DNA of 63,798 nt, filler included, from Octopus bimaculoides (Eukaryota), in NCBI RefSeq assembly GCF_001194135.2. It is 5 parts of 5 records of this genome, joined end to end, with 100 filler letters (N's around TTAATTAATTAA, not from the genome) between each part and the next. Parts side by side here need not be neighbours in the genome. Positions count along the whole stretch, not along the records: positions 11,459 to 40,427 come from NC_068996.1; 4 more parts are not named here. One strand, given 5' to 3'. Of the stretch, positions 25,880 to 38,100 are shown piece by piece; positions within the stretch are counted from its first letter, which is position 1, and each line of letters opens with the position of its first letter. The notes under the pieces were generated by a model. The model made no database searches. It saw only the letters and a program-made list of their open reading frames with translations, and was not told where the DNA came from. The position numbers and the translations under genes are program-made.

Positions 25880-27750
25880 TCATGCAAGTTCCATGAAGAT
25901 ATACAACAAAATAAGAAACTCTAACAGGTCCTTAATTCTCTCGGATGAGACTAAGAACTTATACATGATAGACACATACACTTATGATAGGCTTTTAAAT
26001 GATTCAATCACTCAGAAATACAGACACACTTTCCCACATACTTATAATAACATTAAATGTGAGGCTAAACAAACAGCAATTAGCCTAGGTTTAGCAGACA
26101 GAGTAGAGATCTTGACCAAGAGAAATGCTTTTATAACTCTGAAAGATTACAAGCCAAATTTTGCCTTTAACCCCAAATGCCACCTGATCAACCCAGCCAA
26201 GTCTGAGATTGGCCAGGAGAGTATGTACATACAATGGTGACATAAGAAGGTACATGAGCCTCCCTCTGTGGTAAAGAACCAATGAGGTGACCTCATGGTT
26301 TATTGCCAACTGGGGGAGAAGCAGGGCTAGGTTTACACAGTTCGACATTATCGACTTTTATCCATCTATTTCTAACGAGTTGTTGATGAAAGCACTTTCC
26401 TTTGCCAAGGGCTTCACGGGTATTAGTGATAGTGATGTTAGACTTATTATGCATGACAGGAAAACAGTGCAATAGGTCTCAAGATCACCACTGAGACTAA
26501 TCTCACCACAGTAGATTTCTTAGATGTTACTTTAGATCTGGGCTCTGGTATCTACAGGCCCTATCACAAACCAAACAAGAGACTGTCTTATATCAGCACA
26601 GCCTCTCCCTACCACTACCACCCATAGTTTTCAAGAACCTAGTGGAGGGTGTAAACAAAAGGATCTTGAATCTATTTTCGAGCCAAGATATCTTCAATGC
26701 CACTGCCCCCTACTACAATAAGGCACTGGCATTGGGTGGGTTTAGGGACTCCATCTCCTACATGCCTGGCCCTAGCACCCGGAAAAGGAAGCGCTGCAGA
26801 AATGTCATTTGGTTTGCTCCACTCTTCTCACTCAACATCAAGATTTTCCTTAGATTAATAGACAAATATTTTACACAAACACATAGATACAGGCATTAGT
26901 TTAACAGGACAACCTAAGAGTCTCCTTTGTGTACCTAACATAAGAAACATTTTATCAAGTACCCACAATACAGTGATATCTACACCTAATATCCATAATA
27001 ACAGTAATGTAACATCAAATGGTAATATTATTAGCAGATTAACCAGGTCTCACGCCAATACAGTTACCACGCCCAGAGATAACCACCAAGCCGGGACCAG
27101 CATCACAGAGAGCGTCACCAAAGACCTCGGTACCACCGCCTCAGATGGTGAACAAACCATAGATGAAAATAGAGTGACTGGCACAAATACAGCACCTGGA
27201 AATAATAACCTATCCAGAACCAACGACTTGGAAGAAGTATCTGCTGTTGCCAGTTCCACAACCTTAGATGAGGACCAAACATTGATCTTCAACACCGATG
27301 GGATGACCAGCCCCGTGCCATATGTTACCAGGAGTGCGTGAATAGGACCACATCCCATGTTTATAAATATATGGTTCAGTGAGTACTTCGTTCAAGAAAC
27401 GTTTTCCTAACCACCAATCATCCTTCAGAGTCCCAGAAAGACGGTTTGTCACATCCCTGGCTCGCCATGTGTGCCATCTGACAGATCAAGGAACCACGTG
27501 TGATATCAGGTGGAAATTAATTGATTATCCAGGCCCATATATTAATGGAAGTGGCCATCGCAAGATCTGCATGGCGGAGAGAACCAAAATTTTCAATGAC
27601 AATAAGAAGCTTGGTGCATTAAACAGCTGTAAAGAAGTGTTTTTTAAATGTATCCACTTCAAGCACTACTTACTAGAAAATTGGATCTCCCCGTTTGCCC
27701 TCTCCGAGTCTATAAATTTTTTCCCCTCCGATTAAGGAGAAATAACCCGC
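25880..27750 (+). mobile_element. Degenerate Penelope-like element (RT and GIY-YIG)
   Basis: SDETKNLY, LINPAKSEIG, FDIIDFYPSIS, VDFLDVTLDL, RNVIWFAP, STSFKKRFPNHQSSFR motifs with stops and frameshifts. Confidence 0.88.
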
Positions 27751-29594
27751 ACTCATTAACGTTTTACGTATTCCTCCACACACACACAGATATACATATA
27801 TGCATATATATACATGTAGGTATGTATATATACATATAAGGTTTGTGTGTGTGTATGTGTAAATATATATATGTATGTATGTATGTATGTAGGTACATAT
27901 ATGTGTGTGTGTGTGCATTCAAAGCCAGTGAACAACAATGACAGAACTTGTTTGACTTTGAGTCTCTTTAACAATTCAAAATAATGAATTTAATTTCTCT
28001 TAATTCTACTTCAGTTCATCTAATTGTATTTATTTATTGCTACTTTTCACAAAAAAAGCCTTTATTTTTTTTTTGATATCCAATGTGCATTTTCGCTTTT
28101 TTTCTTCTTTCTTTCCCCATATCTTTTCCACATGTAGTTTCTATTTTCTTTTTGAAACACATTTCTATTATGTATATATATATATATATNNNNNNNNNNN
28201 NNNNNNNNNNNNNNNNNNNNNNNNNNNNNNNNNNNNNNNNNNNNNNNNNNNNNNNNNNNNNNNNNNNNNNNNNNNNNNNNNNNNNNNNNNNNNNNNNNNN
28301 NNNNNNNNNNNNNNNNNNNNNNNNNNNNNNNNNNNNNNNNNNNNNNNNNNNNNNNNNNNNNNNNNNNNNNATATATGTCTGTATGTATGTATATATAGCT
28401 CAACCATCATTCACAAACTAGAATGAACTGGTAACGTATTCTTCACTTTCATTACTTATAGAGTTGTGGACAGAAGCAGACAACCTGTCTGTTCTTCAGC
28501 CTTTGCCCAAGCAAAGGAGAGAGAGTGAGTGAGCAAGCGTGAGAGAGGGGAGGAGGGAGAGCTGCACCAACAGTAAGTTGGAACTCATTTCAGCAGAGCT
28601 CAATTGGATTAATGTGAAAGGATGTAGTTTGTCCAAGGATACAACACACAACTGATACCAGGAATCAAATCCACCACTGGATGACTGTGAACCCAACACT
28701 CCAACCACTAGGCCACACATGCACATCATCATCATTTAACATCCACATGCCATACTGACATGGGTTGACAGGATCCAGTGTGTTCAAGGACTGCATTAAG
28801 CCCCAATGTCTGCTTTGACATGGTTTCTATGGTTTGCTACCCTTCCTAATGCCAACCATTTTGCAGAGTGTGGACTGGATGCTTTTTATGTGGCACCAGC
28901 ACCAGTGAGGTCACCAAGTAACTTGCAAAGCAAAGACTCTTCAATTGATTGGTGAGGCTTTATGCTAGGAGGTTGAGAGGATAATGCACAACAGAGGGAC
29001 AGGAACTGGTGTCTTGCTATAAAACGGATATAAGGCTACCCCAATTGGGAAAGGAAAGATGGTGGTGATGAAGTGTCAAGGTGTACCCTCATTTTAAAAG
29101 AAGGTGGGTATAAGAGAAGATAAAGAGAGAGAGGACTGCAAAAGCTGGGAGGGTATTTAAGTTCATATAAGAGAGTAAAAGGAAAATGACAGACAGTTAG
29201 AAATGGTGGTGGAGGTAAGATGCAATAAAGAACAAAAGAAAAATAGATCGTAATTAATATTCATCATTTATTTGATTTTAAAAAGTTGTTGAAAGAATTT
29301 CAAACTCGTCAGCATTGGTTAACTTGTTCGTTGAAAAATATCATATTCATGTCATTCCCAAAAAGGGTTTTTCCCATAACTATTCATGAGGCAACAACCA
29401 AATAAACCAAAACCAAGTCATTTGCTGAAAGATAAAACAAAATAAAGTAAAAAACATTGAATCCATAAGAAATATTTCCCATGATAAACATTCATAAGAA
29501 AATGTATTAATCATGGGAAAAGAATTAAGATGGCTTCTTATAAAATCTAGAAATGATTTGGTTAAATTCAAAATGCTTCAAATAATATCATAGT

Positions 29595-30400
29595 CCTCCA
29601 GGCGATCACAGAGGAATTCAAGACAGGTTGCCCCTGGGAGCTCCTCTATGCTGATGACCTTGCACTAATTGCGGAGTCACTATCAGAACTAGAGGAGAAG
29701 TTTCAGGTGTGGAAGCAAGGACTAGAATCGAAGGGCCTTGGAGTCAACCTAGCAAAAACCAAAATCCTAATAAGTAGGAAGGTAGATAAAACACAAACCC
29801 CTTCAGGTAGATGGCCCTGCTCAGTATGCAGTAAAGGAGTAGGTAGTAACTCTATAAGATGTACCCGGTGCAAGCTATGGACACATAAGAGGTGCAGCAA
29901 TATCAAAGGCAGATTAACTACAAAGTTAGTCTTTGTATGTGGCAGATGTCCAGGTGCAATAAACACTGTAAACAAACAGGAAACAACTTCTATNNNNNNN
30001 NNNNNNNNNNNNNNNNNNNNNNNNNNNNNNNNNNNNNNNNNNNNNNNNNNNNNNNNNNNNNNNNNNNNNNNNNNNNNNNNNNNNNNNNNNNNNNNNNNNN
30101 NNNACTGGCCTTGTAGGGTTTTTGAGCGAGATCGTTGCCAGTGCCCCTGGACTGGCTCTTGTGCGGGTGGCACATAAAAGACACCATTTCGAGCGTGGCC
30201 GTTTTCGTGCGGGTGACACGTAAAAGCACCCACTACACTCTCTGAGTGGTTGGCGTTAGGAAGGGCATCCAGCTGTAGAAACTCTGCCAAATTAGATTGG
30301 AGCCTGGTGTAGCCATCCGGTTGCACCAGTCCTCAGTCAAATCGTCCAACCCATGCTAGCATGGAAAGCGGACGTTAAACGATGATGATGATGATGATGA
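29595..30400 (+). mobile_element. 5'-truncated RTE-type LINE, same family
   Basis: ELLYADDLAL, PHD-like Cys cluster, and a 3' UTR ending in (gat)n. Confidence 0.88.
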
Positions 30401-30488
30401 TGTTTATGAAATTGTTTTGCAAGAGTCTTAATGTGAAATTGTGTGTTGAAATAGATTTTGTTATGTGGGGGGGGGGCATCCCCCCCAA

Positions 30489-30724
30489 TTAACCACCTGG
30501 ACTATATACTAGGTCTTCAGTTTTTTTTTTATTCTTGTTCTTATTTTAGTGTTCTTTGTCTGAAATCTTTCATCACACATTCTGTGACCTCTTCAACGAC
30601 TCACCATCCCAAGAATGGACTAAACAAAACGGGAAAAGACACAAAGATTTCAGGCAAAGGACACTGAAATAATAATAATAATTAAATCTGAAGTGAAGAC
30701 CAAGTATATAATGCATGTAGTTAA
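30489..30724. mobile_element. Palindromic MITE, TTAA-bounded (piggyBac-like?)
   Basis: About 80-bp imperfect inverted arms (30489-30569 / 30644-30724), each ending in TTAA. Confidence 0.55.
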
Positions 30725-31299
30725 CTGGTAAAAAGATATGACCATACAGTGAGATTGAACCTAGAACCATGTAGTTGGGAAGAAAACTTCTTACCACACA
30801 GCCACATCTGTTGTTATGAAAACAAGAATATTTTGTCCAAGGAGGTTAATCAGATGCCAAACTCCATAACCGCTTCTAATCGATTTTCTCATTGATATCA
30901 GACTCCACTGAGCACAAGTTTAGGACATTTATTTAAAGTCACTCACAATACTTAAAATAAATCATAACTTTTAAGGAATTTTTTCCCAGTTTCACATGAT
31001 TGATCTATAAACTGATCAACATGAAGCTGTGGATTTTCTGATGTTCTAGAATTTAACCCCCATTTCATCCTAACTCATGTAGATGGCTTTTAGCATTCAA
31101 GCAGAACCACCTTAGGCATTCAAGCGGACATCCTCTGACTTTTGTGATGACCATTATGGATTCTTGGACAGACCAATTCTGAACATTCACACACACCATG
31201 TCCCACAGGTAGCTTTCTACGATAACAGCAGCAGTTTTCTCTCTACCCAGTCAGCAATTACATTAATAGCATCTTTTGTTGTAAGTAACCAACACAATA

Positions 31300-32330
31300 A
31301 ATCATGGTTCTATATTTAAGAGATGAGGAATTATTTACATTATTTACTGGCGGATGCAACTTTCTTGTGTAGAGACTCAAAACTTATACCACCTGGCTTG
31401 AATATAATGACACCAGTGGATTCATATAAAGCTAGAAGAGTAGTGAAAAGGGCAGGAAATGCCCTAGTCTGTGAGAGGATCCATTACAACCGTTGGAGAA
31501 AAACATTAACAAAATCAAAGAGAGGTTATCTTCATTACATAGGAAAATAAGGAGAGATGATAGAAAGAGAATCCAACAAGATCTAGAAAAGTCGTACATG
31601 AAAGAATTTGAAACGGTGAAGATACGCCTGATCAAGAAGTTTATGAAACTCAAAGGCCAGAGAATGAAGACTGAAATCCGTCACCCACCTGTGAAAGCCT
31701 TAATTAATGTAAGTAGTCGACATCTGGAATGCTCTGAAGAAGCAGTTCTAAACAAAGGTCTCAACTTTGCGACAACCATCAAGTGCATTCCATACTTGGA
31801 CATAATAGCCCCTATTGAAGAGATAGCCATACAGATACCAAAAGCTCAGGGAGATGAACTAAGGTGGAAAGTGAGACAGGTACCGGAAAAAGCAAAACTT
31901 CCTAAATCAAACATCACTAAAGAAGAAAAGTTCGCTATCAAAAGACTACAGAGTGACAATTACATTGTAATACTTCTGGCAGACAAGAGAAATGCTACAG
32001 TGGTGATGAACAGGTCTAACTACTCAGAGAAACTGGCAAGTCTTATAAGTGATGGTAGCTACAGCAAAGAAAAGAAAGACCCAACTCTGAAAACAGAGAG
32101 GAAAAATGTATGGAAAAATGGAGACCACCTCCCCCTGAGGGATGAAGTTAAAATAATAGACAGAGAACACCACTGGAAAATATGAAAACTAAAAGAAGCA
32201 GCACATATGCTAGGATACAACAACTTCCTAAGCAGACCGAGTACAGATGTGAACAGCATATGGGAACCGGTGTTAAGGAAAGATAGAAAGATATTAGATT
32301 TATAGGTCCTAAAATTCACTCCACAATTGG
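31300..32330 (+). mobile_element. Internally deleted Penelope-like element
   Basis: VLNKGLNFA and LADKRNATVVMNRSNY (pre-RT region) are joined directly to a GIY-YIG tail (IIDREHHWKI*KLKEAAH). Confidence 0.8.
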
Positions 32331-32399
32331 TCATGGGCATACTGTGTAGTGGTTAAGAGTGTGGACTACTAACCCCAAGATTCTGAGTTCAATTCCAAG

Positions 32400-34815
32400 C
32401 AGCGATGACGAATGACAAGAAGGAGATCAATGTGGAAGCTTAAGGACCCTTCATATGGTCAGAGAAATCTGATGAGAGGGAGGAGGAGCTACAGACTTGT
32501 GACATAGGGGGCAACTGGAAATTCCTGTGGGACAGCTTGCTGAGTGCTACAGACCAAATCTGCAGCTGGTGCAAAGTCCAAACTTAGGGTGACGATGCTG
32601 TAGATAGGGCCATTAAAGCAAAGATGCATGGGAAGTTAGGAGACAGGTATATATATAGCCTAGGAAGAAGCAGAAAAGAAGAAGTTTGCCTAAGATTGCA
32701 AGGCAGTGTATGAGAGAAAATTGTGATGTCATAGGAGAGAAATATGTCTGCATGGATGATGGTGCACCTGCATGTAATGATTCTGCAAAGAAAGAGGTTT
32801 GAAAATACCATTATGAAAGACTGCTAAACATGGAGAATGAACGGGAGAAGGAGAGTCTGCCAAATGTTGACCCAATTGAGGGACCAGCTATCCAAATTGA
32901 CAGTACCCTGGTAGATAAAGCAATTAAGGATAGGAAGACGGGGAAAGCCCCTGGCCCATCAGGAATCATTGCGAAGATGCTTAAAATATCTGGTGGTGTG
33001 GGTTGTGGTCTCGTCACCCATATTATGACTAGAGTTCTGTATCATAACCATAGTCAACTGCTACAAATGTAAAGGTGATGCCTTAGATAGAAATAATTAC
33101 AGAGGTAGCAAACTGTTGGATCAGATATGGAGAGAGTTAGTCTACATGAGATGCAGGTTGGTTTTGTGCCAGGGAGAAGCACCATTGACATTATATTTCT
33201 GGTAAGCCAACTGCAGGAGAAATATATAGCCAAAGGTAAACTACTGGACTTGGCTTTTGTTGACTTGGAGAAAGCCTTTGACAGGGACCCATGATCCCTT
33301 ATCTAGTGGGCAATGTGGAAACTAGGGATAGACAAGTGGTTGGTGAGAGGTGTAGTAAGGTGAAGGTCGCCAATGAGTACAGCGAAGAATTCAGGGTACA
33401 AGTAGGGGGTTCACCAAGGATTGGTCCTCAGCCTCCTCTTGTTCATCACAGTCCTCAAGACAATAACACAGGAATTCAAGATAGGATGCCCCTGGAAGCT
33501 CCCCTATGCTGATGACCTTGCTCTAGTAGCTGAATCACTGCCAGAACTTGAGAAGAAATTTCAGGTATGGAAGCAAGATCTAAAATTGAAGGGTCTTGGA
33601 GTTGATCTAGCAAAAACCAAAGTCTTAGTAAGTAGGAAGGCAGACAAATCACAAATCCCTTCAGGGAGATGGCCCTGCTTGATCTGTAGAAAAGGCGTAG
33701 GTAGAAACTCCATAAGATGTACCCAGTGTAAGCTATGGACACATAAGAGGTGCAGCAATATCAAAGGGAGGCTAACAGGGAAAATAGCTTTTGTGTGGAA
33801 ATGTACAGAAAATAGACTCCTTCAACTGCCAGGGGAGTACTAGATAGCTTCTGTTATCTAGGTGACTAAGTAGTGGATGTGGATACTCCAAGAACATAGC
33901 TGTGAGAATAAGATTAGGCTGGGCAAAGTTCAGAGAGCTTCTACCTTTGTTGGTAAGAAAGGGCCTCCCCCTCAGAGAGAAAGGCAGATTTATGATGCCT
34001 GTGTGTGAACAGCTATGCTGCATGGAAGTGGAACATGGACTGCAACAGCTGAGGACGTGTATAGGATTGAAAGAAATGAAGTTAGTATGCTTCACTAGAT
34101 GTGCAATATCAGTGTGCATGTTTGCACACTGAGTGTAAGCATCTTGACAGAGTGTAAACATCTTGAGAAAGAAGTTGGGCATAAGAGGCATCAGATGTGA
34201 TGTGCAAGAGAGACGACTGCACTGGTATGAGCATGCAATGCATATGGATGAAGACAGCTGTGTAAAGAAGTGCCAATCTCTAATTGTAGAGGGAACTTGT
34301 GGAAGAGGAAGACCCAAGAAGACATGAGACAAGATGGTGAATCATGTTCTTTGAACTTTGGGCCTCACAGAAGCAATGACTAGTGACCGAGACCTTTGGT
34401 GATATGCTGTACTTGAGAATACTGGTCAAGCCAAGTGAAATCATAGTCATAGCTGATGCTGGTGTCACGTAACTGACACCCAGGTGGCACATAAAAAGCA
34501 CCTTTTGAGCATTGGATCACATGGAGACAAAGTGACTGATGCCAGTAGTACTTGGAAAACTCCTTTCGAGTGTTGGACCTCATGAAGGTAATGACCAAGA
34601 CCTTTAGCATTATGTCATGCTTGAGAAGAAGACCCATGAAGCCGAGCAGAAGTAAAAGCACTCATTACACTCTTGGAATGGTTGGCATTAGGAAAGACAT
34701 CCAGCCAAAGAAACCATGTCAAATCAGACTGAGGTTTGGTGCAGCCTTCCAGCCCTGGTCAAACCATCCAACCCATGCCAGCATGGACAATGGACATTTA
34801 AATGATGATCATCAT
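32400..34815 (+). mobile_element. Degenerate RTE-type LINE (RT, Cys-rich insert, 3' UTR)
   Basis: FVDLEKAFDR, LPYADDLAL, WPCLICRKGVG, FCYLGD, RIRLGWAKFRELLPLL, followed by a 3' UTR with a (gat)n-like tail. Confidence 0.9.
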
Positions 34816-35133
34816 CAGCGACAAAGAAACGAGGTAGGTATCAGGTGATCATGAGATGTGCTAAAAATAACAGCTAAATCTTCCTTAAATCACACACAAA
34901 AAATTACTTTCTTTGCATAATTGTATGAATATCTGTGTGTAGAACACAAATTTGCAAATCTTTTCTGAAAATTCCCAAAAATACAGAAATTATGAGGGGT
35001 TATATGGGGTGCTTAACCCAGAATTTAATTTTTAAAACCCGCAGCTTTCCTAGAATACACTCTATGGAATAGACCCGAAATACTTACCGAGTGAACAGCT
35101 ATATTACCTTTTTATGATTAATTAAAATGAATG

Positions 35134-35388
35134 CAGTGTTTCTCAACCATTTTGTTCTCTAAGGACCTCTTTGATCCCTATTTTATTCAAGTGGACCCTC
35201 TTCGCTATTCAAGGTTTTGAAAATCATTATATTTTTATAATCAAATATTATTAGGAATTGTATTTAAAAGACTGTTACAATATTTTGTGTCTTGTAGCTG
35301 TATAAGCAATTTAATGCAGATGAATTTTAACAGCAAAATCATAAATGGATCCCCAATGGGCCAAATGTAATTCAGTTGAGAACCCCTG
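35134..35388. mobile_element. hAT-type non-autonomous element
   Basis: TIR-like ends CAGTGTTTCTCAACC ... GTTGAGAACCCCTG. No matching 8-bp target-site duplication. Confidence 0.4.
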
Positions 35389-35511
35389 GTTTAACTTCTT
35401 TTTTTTTTTCATTACATTCCTGGATAACATGATTCTCACTGATTTTAAAACACATCAATAAATGTTTAAATAATCACAACTTACACTTCCTTTTTCAAAA
35501 AAGCAACTCAC

Positions 35512-35579
35512 ATAAGTGCTTTTCTGACAGCATTTGCTATCTTGTAGTATTTTGTTCCATCAATGTAACCATCTCCATT
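35512..35579 (-). CDS. Candidate 68-bp exon, phase 0-2, with an EF-hand-loop-like NGDGYID
   Basis: ttttttgttatttttag| acceptor and AT|GTGAGT donor. Only phase 0 is open: NGDGYIDGTKYYKIANAVRKAL. Confidence 0.38.
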
Positions 35580-37255
35580 CTAAAAATAACAAAAAAATAT
35601 AGACTAAATAAGAATAATATACAAAATAATCTACATTATAAACTTTAAACACTGAATTCATTTTAATATTTGTTTCAACTGAATTTTTTTTATTTTTAAA
35701 TTTAATGTAGAGTAAAATATTGTTTTTAATCAATAATTGATCACTGATAACACTTAATATAAATAGCAGAACAGGATTTATCACAAATTTTCAATCATAC
35801 ATTTTACTGCTCAACAGCATTTTAATATAATCACTTTCATCTCCATTATGTATCAGATATGAAAGTGTTGTATTGCACATTTGACATATGATATAACAGG
35901 ATGATAATAATAATAATAATAATGCCCTTGCAAATCGTTCTACTCAAGATATTGGTAATAACCCTTGACAATATACAACTCTCGGCTTTACTCTGATGAA
36001 GGCTCTCTGTGTATGTCCATTTATATTGTGGCACAGTCCATCAGGAGCCAACCAATAGGGGTGTTCTACTTCCACACAACAGAAAGCTAAGGAAAAAAGT
36101 CTGAGCCCTTTTGCTACCATACTGCTTTTGATTTACACTGCTTTGCTCTAATTAATTTAGAAAATAAAGTATTTATTGAAATAAATTTGTCGTCATTAAG
36201 CTAGAGGTTGATATATAAATTAATGTGTAATTTTGATGAGAGATTTTACTTTAGATCGTTTATAAAAAATGTATTTGTATCAGAGAGTCAGGGGCAGTTT
36301 CAAACAGATTGGTATCAAAAGGGTTAAAATATACCTTTTTAGAATGAATAAGTTTGTCATTTATCGTCACTTCAAGCCAACCAGTTTGAGTTGGGGTGGC
36401 TTCATAACTCTGAAAAACAATTTGATTCACATTTCAATGTTTGTTTTTATAAAGCTTGTTGAAATGGAAATTATTACAAAGATGAAACAACAATGAGAAC
36501 AATGCAGAATCAATTAAGGTGTGTTGGAAAGTCATCAATACTTTAATCATATAAGGTCCTCACGAGCAAAGAATGGCAAACTGATAATAGAAATATATAC
36601 ACTGCAAAGCTTGGGTAATATATAAATTTGATAATAATGAAGAAGAAAATTTACCTCAGCAATATAACTAACAAAAGCACTCAGAGAGCGCAAACCTCTG
36701 CCGAGGCAACACCAACATCCTCTCAACAGTTAGCTGGAGATGATTTTTAAAATGAGAATATCAGAAATAAACTTGATTGCTCTCACAAACGAGAATACGA
36801 AAAATGAACCTGACCACTCTCAAAAATTAAGCAAAAAAAAACAGAAAAATAATCCAGAATTTTTGTCCGGAACCAAATGCAGTCATGGAAAGTGAAGGTG
36901 GGCATGCGGGCCGTGTTTGTAATGGTGTGTGTGTGTGTGTCATCTGTAGTGGAAACAGGGCCTTTTTTTTAGTCTATCCACTGATATAACGTCTTTACAA
37001 TCATTAAGGTCTATAGTGAAACATGTATCCATGCGTGAAAGAAAACGGAAAGGACCTGCATACAGTGCTGTTAACTGAGGTTTAACAACATCATTGCGCA
37101 CAAAAACATGAGTCCAAGAAGTAAAGCTTCATTCAAAGCAGAACCTAGTTTGATTTCTTTATCCATCAGTTTCTACTAAGATAGAGGCGGTAGTGCAACT
37201 AATAATAGAGAAACGAAAATAAAACTTTGGAAACAGCAATACTGCCACAACTTAC

Positions 37256-37273
37256 ATGGAAACCATGAGTGTG
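37256..37273 (-). CDS. Candidate 18-nt microexon
   Basis: tctttctcttattatctcccttgatag|CACACTCATGGTTTCCAT|GTAAGT. Strong signals at both ends, length a multiple of 3, reads HTHGFH in phase 0. Confidence 0.3.
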
Positions 37274-37801
37274 CTATCAAGGGAGATAATAAGAGAAAGA
37301 CTATAAAAACTATTAATTACTTCAGTCTACTGGAGTGATAAAGATAGAATGAGGCATGTCACCACTAGACTGAAACAGCTGTAAGACATTGTCCCATTTT
37401 CTGTCACTATATGTCATTTTTATAATTACTGATATGACATAACATGTCACGTGTTTGTATATTATTATTGTACTTTTAGTAAACAAATAAACAAGTAAAT
37501 TGACAAAATACAATGTCTGCAANNNNNNNNNNNNNNNNNNNNNNNNNNNNNNNNNNNNNNNNNNNNNNNNNNNNNNNNNNNNNNNNNNNNNNNNNNNNNN
37601 NNNNNNNNNNNNNNNNNNNNNNTGCTTTGTTTATGTTCCCGTTCCTTTTTTGTCCACGTTTTTTGACTTCCTTTATCTGGATATGCATCTATATATACAT
37701 ATAGATGTAGGTATGTACATATATGTATGTATACATGCATATGCTCATATATCATTTATATTATTATATATGCATATATATACATGTATATATACATATA
37801 T

Positions 37802-38100
37802 ATGATGGCTGCCCCCTCGTTATCGAGTATGGCCATTGCACGAAGCTTAACTTGACGGTGCTGTGATCGAATGTGACTTTTTAGCCCAGCCAAAGATCTA
37901 CAATGTCTTGCTCAGAGTTGGCATCGAAAACCTTTACTGGCAATAGCTGGCTGTTGTTGTAATTGGGCTCCATGTACCTTTGCGTGTCGTTTAAGTCCTC
38001 CTGCTGAATCACACTCCCTTCCACATGCCCAACAGACATGATTAGTATGGTGTGTAGCATCATCACCAGCGGCCTGATAGTCAATCATCGGTCTTGCTTT
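37802..38100 (-). mobile_element. LINE (RTE-like) 3' end with two C2H2 zinc fingers
   Basis: HVCWACGRECDSAGGLKRHAKVH...FRCQL*ARHCRSLAGLKSHIRSQH; in-frame TGA at 37914-37912. Confidence 0.7.

Noticed and set aside
37881-38084. ORF with a signal-peptide-like start (MTIRPLVMML...)
   Set aside because: Off-frame reading of the zinc-finger LINE tail.
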